Source: a virus
Taxonomy: Duplodnaviria > Caudoviricetes
IMG/VR virus record: IMGVR_UViG_3300032281_001326
Span: 28 to 64,027 of that record
Length of the DNA stretch: 64,000 nt
Reading direction: 5' to 3' (one strand)
In this document: one piece after another, positions 34,644-44,141 of the stretch
How positions within the stretch are numbered: the first letter of the stretch is position 1
Layout of the letters: every line of letters begins with the position of its first letter
The notes under the pieces: model-generated
Told to the model about the DNA's origin: nothing
What the model saw: the letters and a program-made list of their open reading frames with translations, nothing else
Database searches by the model: none
Made by a program: the position numbers and the translations under genes

Positions 34644-35240
34644 CTATTCCTCAGGCGACGGCGTTGGAATCTTGCCCGGAGTTAAACCCACAGTCTTAAA
34701 AAATTCAAAACATGGCGCTCCATTTACGGCTGTATAATACAATCTAAAATCTAAATTCCCACACCAATATTGCTTAACAAGAACTTGAGGACGAGCATCT
34801 GGAGGCGCCCCTGGAGGGGTATACTTATAAATATAAGCTAAAGGAATATACATAGTTATTTGCATTTTTCCTTCGCCGTAATCAACTACTTTAGTCGCCC
34901 ACGCCTCCCTATCGCTTGAGTCAAAATCGCTTATAACATGAATTTCTTGAATTTTTTTATGTTCATAATCATCATGCATAAACACTACCGATAAAGCCAA
35001 CTCGGTATCTGGCGAGATTGTTATTTCCGCAGCTGCCGGACGAGACCCCCCTGCTTGTCCTTCATTTTTTTCGTAAAAACTTGTGAAATTTATTTCACCA
35101 TCTTCAATGTAAGCCTTATATTCACCCTCGGTTGCTGTTTCATATGCTAGAACAGAAAACGGACACTTGTCTTTAATCGCGCTCCCTCCGCTTATTATTC
35201 TATTTTTAATAGTTGCTCCACCTCTTATAGCTAAAGACAT
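34644..35240 (-). CDS. Hypothetical protein at the end of the tail operon
   Basis: 198-aa ORF preceded by AAGGAGGT. Confidence 0.65.
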   Translation of the reverse strand: MSLAIRGGATIKNRIISGGSAIKDKCPFSVLAYETATEGEYKAYIEDGEINFTSFYEKNEGQAGGSRPAAAEITISPDTELALSVVFMHDDYEHKKIQEIHVISDFDSSDREAWATKVVDYGEGKMQITMYIPLAYIYKYTPPGAPPDARPQVLVKQYWCGNLDFRLYYTAVNGAPCFEFFKTVGLTPGKIPTPSPEE

Positions 35241-35264
35241 AAAATTATAATACCTCCTTGATTG

Positions 35265-36395
35265 TCATAAAACCTCTTCTAAAAAACCAGTAAACAAAAA
35301 CTTTTCCTCTATGCCACTTATAGAATATTTAAATTTATTTGCATATATCCCGCTAGGATGAGAGTGAAGTATTTCGAATCTAACATTAAATATATCATCT
35401 CCTGAGCAGCCAGCCCCTGAAATATAGCCGGTTGCAGCATAAAGACCTCTTGCTGTATTATAAGGGACAGAAGAGGAAAGAAAAAGTCCATTATTATACC
35501 CAGTGTTTATAAAAATCTTATTTGAAAATGAATGATATGGATCAAGCCATCTTACATCATCGAAAATAAATTCAAACCTAGTTCCAGAACAAGCCTGCCT
35601 TTCTAGTTCAAAAGACCAAAATTTTCCAGTCTTGCCAAATTGTACGTCAGAATCTTCTTGAAAATCTATATAATAAAAAGGAGAAGACTTTAATGGCACA
35701 CTTACTGGAATATCAATGCTTCCAAAATTTGTATCTAAATATAAATTTCCATACAACGGTGAGGCTTGCTTGTAAGAGTCTAAAGAAAAAGACGTGCCTC
35801 CGGAGAAAGATAATATTATTTGTCCAGAATTATTTGGCTTTATTTTAACTGCCTTTATCGTAGATGATATATTGTAATCAGCCCCAGGAAAATACGAAGA
35901 CCCAGAGAAAAGTTTCAAACTTTGAAACGCATTTGAAGAAGTATTTTTTAAAAAACCAGTTACAGGACTGCCCGTAATTTGATTCTGACTTGGAAAGACT
36001 AATTCATATTGAGGTTTAACTTCTCCAAAAATATCAACAAAAAATTCAACCTCAGTCCCACTAGTTGAAAAAACTAAATTTTCAAAAGAAGAAGTAGAAG
36101 TAGAAATGCTAGAGTTTAAAGAAATAGGATTTTTATCTATATAATATCCAAAAATACCGCTACAAAAGTTTCCAGAAATATTAATAGGCTCAGATGGAGA
36201 ATAAGATTTCACGAATCGATTAGAGCAGTCAAAAACCTTGCCGCCACTAAAAGAAAACAAAGAAATTGAAGACGACTCGCCCGAAGCCAAAATCCTAGAA
36301 ACTCCTGTTGAATTTTTTATCGACAAGTCGCAATCAAAAGAAAAACATCTTTGCTCCGCAAAGTTTCTAAAAATATTTCCACTAGAAAGTATCAT
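35265..36395 (-). CDS. Putative virion (tail tip) protein
   Basis: Beta-rich, S/G/F-rich, downstream of the tape measure gene. Confidence 0.55.
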   Translation of the reverse strand: MILSSGNIFRNFAEQRCFSFDCDLSIKNSTGVSRILASGESSSISLFSFSGGKVFDCSNRFVKSYSPSEPINISGNFCSGIFGYYIDKNPISLNSSISTSTSSFENLVFSTSGTEVEFFVDIFGEVKPQYELVFPSQNQITGSPVTGFLKNTSSNAFQSLKLFSGSSYFPGADYNISSTIKAVKIKPNNSGQIILSFSGGTSFSLDSYKQASPLYGNLYLDTNFGSIDIPVSVPLKSSPFYYIDFQEDSDVQFGKTGKFWSFELERQACSGTRFEFIFDDVRWLDPYHSFSNKIFINTGYNNGLFLSSSVPYNTARGLYAATGYISGAGCSGDDIFNVRFEILHSHPSGIYANKFKYSISGIEEKFLFTGFLEEVL

Positions 36396-36400
36396 AAATT

Positions 36401-38836
36401 TTATCGGACCTGAAACGCAGGAGAAGAGGAATTTGATCCATTGTTTACTCTATTTAAGTCTTGAGACGGAAACACAGGCGGTCGAGTAGAATAGCTATAA
36501 GTTGCTGAAAATCCAGAATCGGATATTGACATATCAAGAGCTTCTAATCCGCTAGTTACGCTTGTTGGAAGGCTTGATACAAAACCAGCACAAGAATAAG
36601 TAACCTTCTTAATGTCTGAAGACTGGACATATCCTTCTCTACTTGAAAGTTCGCTAGGAGTTGGCGGATTTTGAGCTGATAGCTTCTCAGATGTAGTTCT
36701 ATTTTCAACTATAAGCCTAGTCTCTATAATTTTTGAAGAAGAAGAAGTGGATCCAGACGTATTAGATATAATATTTTCTACTTCCGTGATATCCAAGATT
36801 GCTTCTACTGAATAAGAATGAGTAACAACACACCTATATTGGGATTGAGAGGATGAAAGTATTTTAATACTACCCTCGCTAGTCTTTATCGATGCGCCAA
36901 CGCACGATCCTTTATTCGTTAAACCCGAAAATGGCTTTATTGTTTCGAAATTCTGAGTCTTTTCTTGTTCTTTACGTTGCTTTTGTTTTAGTTCGTCTTT
37001 TTGAGATAGGCATTTATCTTCGTTTGGATCTTCTAGTTCGCATTCCCGCTCTTCACCTTCTTGAGAATTTTTTATATCATGCCAAGTGGTTTCTTTTTCA
37101 TTAGTGCCAGAAGAAATGTAAGATGCCCTGAATCCAATTTTTGTTGATACTAATTCCGAAGTGGGAATTAGAAATAAAGAATCGTAACCGGAGGTATCAA
37201 TATCTTGAGCTTTTAATGCTAAATCTAATTTAGAACCAGATAACAACTCTATTTGAACGGGTAATAATTTTTGCAATCCTTCGCTGCTATTCTTATCTGT
37301 TAAGCCAAGCTCCTCAAGAGCCTTAGCCCCAGCAAGCTCTGGACCCGGACCGCCTCTAGAAAATACCCTTCTTCCAATTAGTTTTTCATCCAAAGGATTA
37401 TCATTATCTTCCATCATGTCCCCTTCTGGTTCAAAATTAATTGAAGTTTTTATTATCATTCTTGGAGTACAGAAAGTAGATCCTCCACTTTTGTTATATG
37501 AACATCTATAATAATTTCCTATTTTACTAGTAAAAATTTCTTGTTCTGAATTAGACCACGCGTCTTCTGTTCCTTCATCGTATTTTACTAATAAAGAATA
37601 ATACGCCTCACCTAAACCAGATTCAGCATATCCAGAGTAAGCAAGCATATCATTAACGAGCTCAAAATTACCCGAATCTTTTAACGCAATTGCTACTTTT
37701 GCAGTAGTTAATGGCTTAAGATTCGAACCGCTAAATCCAATATTTCCACCCCATTTGCTTATCCATGAATAATTATAAATTTTTCTAAGAGCAGGAGAAA
37801 CATACCCAAGAGCCGCGCTAGTTATAAACTCATTCTTAGATCTACCCCCTCCGTAAATAGTATCCTCAACTTCCGAATCTTCTGTTAAAGATCTATTAAT
37901 GAAATCAGAAAGACTATAACAATTCAGTTCAGTCGTGGTATAAAAGGTCTTAGATAAAGACGCGCTTGCTGTTTTTGGATTATAAGGCTTCGCAAAATAA
38001 TCTACCGCTACTTGATTATATTTACCCTCAGCAGAAGCAAATGTTTTTTTTGAAGTTATTTTTGCACTCGATATAAAACTAGGTATTGAAAAAACCGCTT
38101 GTTTCGCATCAAAGAACTTAAGAGTATTGGCGCTATAATCCCAATAAAAAGAATAACCAAAATCTTGACACCAGCTATTAAGAACAGATCTCAATGTCCC
38201 TTCATATGTTTTTCTTGTCTTGGAGTCCCTAATAGGACAAGAAGAAAATCCATTTACTCCTGTTATAGATTTTAACTCATCAAACGTATAAGAAGAAGAG
38301 GGTATTTCACAATTAGTATCCGGAGTTTCCTCTGTGCCTACAATTATTATATCTCCTATTTTTTTGCTTCCCCCGTAAACATTTCTTTTTACGCTTCCAT
38401 TTTTATAATTATTTTTAACTGGCTTAAACACTCCATTTACCTGCTTAATCGTATAAAACTCGTCATCTGCATCAAACTTAACCGGAATATCTAAAGTTTT
38501 TTTTGTTCCATTGAATCCCATTAATCCGCGTCTAAAAACAGAAACGTATAGTTTATCTAAAATCACACTCTTATCTATTAACGTAATAGAGAGGACATTA
38601 CCAGAATTAGATTCCTCTAATTCGTAAGAATAAACATACCCGTTAAACGAAAAACTACCAAAAGATATAGATGCATCAGACTCAAGCGTTGGCAAAGAAT
38701 AAGAGCCAGAGCTATTTACAACCTTATATGTAACCTTAGAGGGCTCATTGCTAAAAGTTCTCTGAAAATCAATAGAATAAACTACGCCGCCTCCAGCGGA
38801 TGTTGCAGTAATTTTCGGTATAGTTTCTATAGCCAT
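36401..38836 (-). CDS. Putative baseplate hub/Tal-like tail protein
   Basis: N-terminal barrel pattern (VYSIDF...GYVYSYE...ITLIDKS), GTLRSVLNSWCQDFGYSFYWD segment, position after the TMP. Confidence 0.55.
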   Translation of the reverse strand: MAIETIPKITATSAGGGVVYSIDFQRTFSNEPSKVTYKVVNSSGSYSLPTLESDASISFGSFSFNGYVYSYELEESNSGNVLSITLIDKSVILDKLYVSVFRRGLMGFNGTKKTLDIPVKFDADDEFYTIKQVNGVFKPVKNNYKNGSVKRNVYGGSKKIGDIIIVGTEETPDTNCEIPSSSYTFDELKSITGVNGFSSCPIRDSKTRKTYEGTLRSVLNSWCQDFGYSFYWDYSANTLKFFDAKQAVFSIPSFISSAKITSKKTFASAEGKYNQVAVDYFAKPYNPKTASASLSKTFYTTTELNCYSLSDFINRSLTEDSEVEDTIYGGGRSKNEFITSAALGYVSPALRKIYNYSWISKWGGNIGFSGSNLKPLTTAKVAIALKDSGNFELVNDMLAYSGYAESGLGEAYYSLLVKYDEGTEDAWSNSEQEIFTSKIGNYYRCSYNKSGGSTFCTPRMIIKTSINFEPEGDMMEDNDNPLDEKLIGRRVFSRGGPGPELAGAKALEELGLTDKNSSEGLQKLLPVQIELLSGSKLDLALKAQDIDTSGYDSLFLIPTSELVSTKIGFRASYISSGTNEKETTWHDIKNSQEGEERECELEDPNEDKCLSQKDELKQKQRKEQEKTQNFETIKPFSGLTNKGSCVGASIKTSEGSIKILSSSQSQYRCVVTHSYSVEAILDITEVENIISNTSGSTSSSSKIIETRLIVENRTTSEKLSAQNPPTPSELSSREGYVQSSDIKKVTYSCAGFVSSLPTSVTSGLEALDMSISDSGFSATYSYSTRPPVFPSQDLNRVNNGSNSSSPAFQVR

Positions 38837-38862
38837 ATCATCTTTATTATATTAAAAATTAA

Positions 38863-40824
38863 TTAAATATTCCAAAACTCTTCATCAAAAGAATATACCA
38901 GTTGATTATTACCCGCTTCCTTAGCTGGACAACCAGTTAAAATAGAAAATCTAGAAATTTCGGCGTAGTCGTTATTTATCAATTGCCTTAAACCATTTAA
39001 ATAAACTTGAGAAGATTTTTTAAAAAAAGAAGTTGATCCATTGGTTCCAAGTCTCAAAAGGTTACCAGACCCGGTTATATATTTTGCATTATTAGAAATA
39101 TAATTATTATTAATCTTAGTTAAAACAGAAGAGGGTGGTATATTAAAAGCAAAATTAGAATTAAAATAATCAAATCCGCTAGTCATTTTGACACCATTTA
39201 AAAAAATAGAAAAATCCTGATAGCTAGAATTTAAAACAGAATTAAAATTAGCAGAAGACCCTAAACCCGTTAAAAGATAAACAGACATGCCGCTAATAGA
39301 ATTTGAGTTATCATATATCATAGTATCTTGAGAGCTGCAGTATCCATTTGATCTGATAATAGTGCCGTCTAAAAAAATATTTCCCGTTATATTATATTTT
39401 GTTATTCCGCTTTCTTGATATGACGACCATCCGCTTTCCAACATTAGCTGCCCATTGTTAAAAAATAAATTTTTTCCCGACCCAGAGTGAATACCTGGAA
39501 CAACCCAATCATTTATAACGGAATCAAAAGATTGAGTTAAGTTTATATTGTCAGGCGCAAAATTTCCAGTATATAAAAAACACTCGGAAGTCGCAATATT
39601 AGCACATTGATTAAATAAATATATAGAGTCAAATCCTAAAGACGATATAAATTCAGAATCCATCTGTAAACTATCTGGATAATAACCGGTAAAATCAGAG
39701 CAAATACCGGAAAGAACCTCAACAAATACCTGACCAGTTAACATTCCAGTTAAAGGATAGTTAGTATAAGTTGGAGTTATTACCTGACCAGACCCTCTGC
39801 AGGCATAAGTGTAACCAGTTGCATAAATATTTCCAGTTAATGCTGTTCTTACATATATAGGCACGTTTTGATCGCAAGAGTCTATTTGAGTTCCAACAAA
39901 CCTTTCTTCGTATCCCGTAATACCCGTTCCAACAAGATAAGAATACCCACTATCAAAACATCCAGTCGGGACATATCCGGTAGTATATGTAACTATTGTT
40001 TCGTACCCGGTTATTCCAGTTCCTAAATTGACACCGCTTCCACTCAAAACAGAAACATAATCGCAGACTTGATACTGACCACTTATTGATCCAGTTATGG
40101 GAATTGAATAAAATCCGCTAAAAAGCTCTATAAAATAATCATTCGGCTTCTTTCCACTTATGCAATAAAAGTCATCAAAATATCCACTGAAAGGTCTACC
40201 CTTAGACCAATAAGATGAAGACGGAGCTGACCCAATCAAAAAAGAATCAGAGTGGGAATAACTTTCAATTTGATCTACCGAAGCTGAGGAAAAAGATAAA
40301 TCCCCTCCAACCGGATCAAAAACGCCCAATTGAAATTCGTCAAAGGTTTTGCTAAAAAAAACTAAATTTTTAGAGCTTATATTATCTGCGTAGTCTAAGG
40401 TTTTCTTTCCTACAACTGGACTCCAGTATTCCAAATAAAGTTTATTTGCATCATTAATGCCAATAGTTAATCCAGAAGCAGCAGCAAAAAAGCTTCCAGC
40501 AGCTGAACTTAATAAAATTTCCTCGCCGCTTCTTTGCTTTTCATAACAAAATAAAAAAGTAAAATCATCTTCAGGAATTTTCCCAGATATAGAAACAGAA
40601 GTAAGCCCATTAAAAAAACCACTTCCAGGCTTTGTATAAAAATTAGGATAAGTCCCATTAATTTTTCCACTAAAAGTTGACCCAGTAACCCAATTTGGAG
40701 TAGTTAAAAAGCCTTGCTGAAAATTAGATCCAGAAACAAAATCATACGCAACAAGTAATGACTCACTAGTTATATCTAATGAGTCAAGTCTATATTTAAA
40801 GCCGGAAGAGTTAATAGATGACAT
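38863..40824 (-). CDS. Tail protein with LamG/concanavalin-like domain
   Basis: FNG..SVSI, DFTFLF, FLIG...FSGYFDDF; TG/SG-rich stalk. Confidence 0.65.
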   Translation of the reverse strand: MSSINSSGFKYRLDSLDITSESLLVAYDFVSGSNFQQGFLTTPNWVTGSTFSGKINGTYPNFYTKPGSGFFNGLTSVSISGKIPEDDFTFLFCYEKQRSGEEILLSSAAGSFFAAASGLTIGINDANKLYLEYWSPVVGKKTLDYADNISSKNLVFFSKTFDEFQLGVFDPVGGDLSFSSASVDQIESYSHSDSFLIGSAPSSSYWSKGRPFSGYFDDFYCISGKKPNDYFIELFSGFYSIPITGSISGQYQVCDYVSVLSGSGVNLGTGITGYETIVTYTTGYVPTGCFDSGYSYLVGTGITGYEERFVGTQIDSCDQNVPIYVRTALTGNIYATGYTYACRGSGQVITPTYTNYPLTGMLTGQVFVEVLSGICSDFTGYYPDSLQMDSEFISSLGFDSIYLFNQCANIATSECFLYTGNFAPDNINLTQSFDSVINDWVVPGIHSGSGKNLFFNNGQLMLESGWSSYQESGITKYNITGNIFLDGTIIRSNGYCSSQDTMIYDNSNSISGMSVYLLTGLGSSANFNSVLNSSYQDFSIFLNGVKMTSGFDYFNSNFAFNIPPSSVLTKINNNYISNNAKYITGSGNLLRLGTNGSTSFFKKSSQVYLNGLRQLINNDYAEISRFSILTGCPAKEAGNNQLVYSFDEEFWNI

Positions 40825-40830
40825 ATAAAA

Positions 40831-42453
40831 TTATGAAATAATATCTCCGTTAAAAGAGTAACTATAAGAAACAGACATTTTTTTAAGTTCTTCATTCACG
40901 GATTCACTTGCTTCATCCGTAAATAAATTTGCACTTTTTACGTAAATAGAACGAAGCCTAGAAAGCTCAGCAGAAACGCAGCTTTTTAATTGTGAAATTG
41001 TTTTATTTGGTTTGCATGTAGCGTCTATAGATATTGAAACGGAAGCTCTATTTGCGCATCCAAAATATTGAACATTATGTGCTCCATTTACATATAGGGA
41101 GGGCTGTACCGCATATGCTTTTAACGAAGGAGTTATATTTACCTTTTCAGAAATAGATGTCAAAATATCTGGATAAGGCATGTATCTATCGCTCCAACTT
41201 GCTGAATATGATATTTTACTATTAAATTCATCAAAATTAATTGATTCCGTTTTCGGAGTAGAACTAAAAGATTTAGAATACCCAGCTCTTTCATACTCTT
41301 TTAAAGCTAAATCATATCCATTAAATGTATTAGAATAATAAGTCTTAACAGCATTCCACCTAACAGAAGCATCTCCTCTTTCACATAATATTTCCGCGTC
41401 TATCTTTATATCAACTATATTTTTTATTAAATTCTCAGAAAGATCCACTTTATATATGCATTTTGCAGTTCCGGGAGCAACAGGATCATCATCAAATTTT
41501 ATTGAAAAAGATATCTCTGAGGAGTTTTGATTTTCTGTAACACTTCTAGAATATGGCTTGTCGTTTATTTTTGTTGCGCCTGTAGATTTTGAGGCGGCGA
41601 CAGCAGCAATTTGGAAAAAATTTTCCGCATTCATTTTCGCCCTCAATACAGACATGTCAGCTAGTCCAATATTTGTTTTACCAACTACGCTTCCCTGAAT
41701 GGAAACATCCGAAATACCATTTTCTATATTTTTTGATACATCAACTGTATATCTAAGAATCCCATTTCCCAAAGAGTTGGTTTTAAGCAAATCAGCTCTA
41801 TAAGCTTCTTCGATAGAATATTTTCCATTAAATCTATCAACCTGTTCAGAAAAAGAATCAAGAATAAAATCACCAGCTAAAACATTGTTAAACTTTAAAG
41901 AACTTACTCTATTACTTATTCCCGTTTTAGATAAAGCCCACTTTTTAGCTTGAGAAATAGCAGACGCGCCTGAAATATTAAATCCATCGGCAGAAACGGA
42001 GTGCCTTAAAGACAAAGTGCCATCTTCATTTTCTGAATACTCCCAAGAATCCTGAGGGTTAGTTACTCCGTAGTTTTGCCCAAAAGAATTTTTATCATAA
42101 CAAGAAGCCGATACAGAAAAAGGCAACAACGCATAATATTTAGACTCCTCAAAGGAAACAGAATCTACCTGACAGATATCGGAATTAAAAACTTCAACAT
42201 TATCCTCTATTATCTTTATTGACAAACTATCGTTTTTAAATCCAGAAATAAGTTTATTTTTTTTATTTTCTAAGTCATAAAAAGAAGTTGATCCAAGCCT
42301 TCCAGTTATTTGACCGTCTAATTTTAAATTATATTTAGAGCCCCAAACGGATCCATTTTCTATATACTCTTTATCAAAGTAAGCAAAAGGAGTAGGACAT
42401 ATTCCTGAAAATATATCCAAGTTTCCATATAATATTTTAACTTGTCCTTGCAT
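40831..42453 (-). CDS. Tail tip protein with ~5 internal repeats (paralog of 42486-44135)
   Basis: Repeated ~100-120 aa beta units each ending in E/D..F.G.I.Y...F/W. Confidence 0.6.
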   Translation of the reverse strand: MQGQVKILYGNLDIFSGICPTPFAYFDKEYIENGSVWGSKYNLKLDGQITGRLGSTSFYDLENKKNKLISGFKNDSLSIKIIEDNVEVFNSDICQVDSVSFEESKYYALLPFSVSASCYDKNSFGQNYGVTNPQDSWEYSENEDGTLSLRHSVSADGFNISGASAISQAKKWALSKTGISNRVSSLKFNNVLAGDFILDSFSEQVDRFNGKYSIEEAYRADLLKTNSLGNGILRYTVDVSKNIENGISDVSIQGSVVGKTNIGLADMSVLRAKMNAENFFQIAAVAASKSTGATKINDKPYSRSVTENQNSSEISFSIKFDDDPVAPGTAKCIYKVDLSENLIKNIVDIKIDAEILCERGDASVRWNAVKTYYSNTFNGYDLALKEYERAGYSKSFSSTPKTESINFDEFNSKISYSASWSDRYMPYPDILTSISEKVNITPSLKAYAVQPSLYVNGAHNVQYFGCANRASVSISIDATCKPNKTISQLKSCVSAELSRLRSIYVKSANLFTDEASESVNEELKKMSVSYSYSFNGDIIS

Positions 42454-42485
42454 CCTTTAGATTACCTTTTATATAAATTTATACA

Positions 42486-44135
42486 CTAACTACTAATAGC
42501 AGCCGATGAATATTTATATTTTGCACTAAATTCCACGTTTTGTTCTATTTCGTCAGAAGAAAAAGAAAAAGATTCTAAATACAAATCTGTCCCAGTTCCC
42601 TTATTAGAAGAAGCCAAGGTTACACAACTCTGAAAATAATCATTACCCTTAAATGGCAAAATAGAACTAGATATTTCTAGAGATCCGGCTATTTCTCTTT
42701 CTGCTTGCTTTGATTGATTTGCTGCTTGCGCGATTGCATATTTAACCGTGCCCCCTGGTATTAAAAAATCATTATGAATTCTTGTGGCTTTAGAATCTGT
42801 AATATTTATACTTTTTCTTCTTATTGCGCTCGACATATCAAGCGTAGAATCGTCTGTATAATTATAAGAATAAGATATCAATCCCTCAAAAGGCGCATGA
42901 GTTACATTTTTATTAATCAAACTCAAGACAGACGTGGTTGGTTTTATTTTTGCATTAGTTGTATAAAAAGATTGAACCCTAGCGTTTATGCCTGCTTTTT
43001 CAGTATTCCATCCATTAAAAGCGTTATTAAATCTATCTGGAGATCCCACAATACCATCGCCTTTAACAGATCCATTTTCAACGGCGCTCCATATAAAATC
43101 CTCAGATCTAGACAAATCTAGAACGTACTCATAAGTATATAAATTTTTTCTACGCTTATCATTTGTAAAAGATATTGTATATTCTATCTCTCCACTAAAC
43201 TGGTTTCTTTTTACTGACCTTTCAATCTCTTTATTAATCAAAGGATTAACCGATCCAAACTGAGTCTGATAAGTTGTAAACGCAGTATTACAGCGAGAAA
43301 AAACGCCAGAAATCTCAGAAGAAAATCCAGATTCCGCCGAATCAAAAAGAGACAAATTCATGCATTCGCCTTTTATAGTATTTGATTCACTAACAGTAGT
43401 TATCCCATCTTCTCCAAAATTTACAGAAATAGATCTATTCCTGCTAAAACAAGAAGAATCGTTAGAATATGAAAAGTTTCTTTTGAATCCGCATGCGCCA
43501 CTTATAGAATCATAATTTTCTGAGTAAAAATCTTTTCTTAAGTTTTCAGAAGGTTTTGAATAAGTTATTTTAGATAAATTCTCGGAAAATGTTTTAGAAA
43601 AAAGAGCCGACGCTAAATTTTTTGCAAAATCAATTTTATCTCCAGAAAACAAAGTAGAAATTTTTAAATCTATAGAATGAACCCCAGAAACCGAATCTTG
43701 ATCAGAAGAGTAGTCTATAGAATAACTCTCATTAAATTCTTCTACATATTGAATGTTTGATTTAATATCATTAATAACTTGATTAGAAAAATCTAAATCT
43801 GTAAAATTAACAGAGCCAAGATTTCCATCTCCCACTATTTCTATAGAGGCGGTATACTCTGTAACCTTAACCCAGTTTCCCGAGTCAAAAGAAACATTTG
43901 TTATTTTGCCTTTACCATAATTAACATTATCAATAACTATATCTTGATAAGCACCTAAAGAGTCTGATAAATTTTTGCAAGACTGAAAAATATCCTTAAC
44001 GCCAGAAGTATTGGATAAATCAAGAATATATCCATTTATCGATATTGAAACGGTCGATCCATATCTAAAAGCTTTATCGCCCCAAAAGTTATTTTTGTGC
44101 TCGTAACTTAAAACTTTTACATTATTAAAATTCAT
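42486..44135 (-). CDS. Tail tip protein with ~5 internal repeats (distal-tail-like position)
   Basis: Immediately after the TMP; same repeat pattern as its neighbour. Confidence 0.6.
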   Translation of the reverse strand: MNFNNVKVLSYEHKNNFWGDKAFRYGSTVSISINGYILDLSNTSGVKDIFQSCKNLSDSLGAYQDIVIDNVNYGKGKITNVSFDSGNWVKVTEYTASIEIVGDGNLGSVNFTDLDFSNQVINDIKSNIQYVEEFNESYSIDYSSDQDSVSGVHSIDLKISTLFSGDKIDFAKNLASALFSKTFSENLSKITYSKPSENLRKDFYSENYDSISGACGFKRNFSYSNDSSCFSRNRSISVNFGEDGITTVSESNTIKGECMNLSLFDSAESGFSSEISGVFSRCNTAFTTYQTQFGSVNPLINKEIERSVKRNQFSGEIEYTISFTNDKRRKNLYTYEYVLDLSRSEDFIWSAVENGSVKGDGIVGSPDRFNNAFNGWNTEKAGINARVQSFYTTNAKIKPTTSVLSLINKNVTHAPFEGLISYSYNYTDDSTLDMSSAIRRKSINITDSKATRIHNDFLIPGGTVKYAIAQAANQSKQAEREIAGSLEISSSILPFKGNDYFQSCVTLASSNKGTGTDLYLESFSFSSDEIEQNVEFSAKYKYSSAAISS

Positions 44136-44141
44136 AAATTT

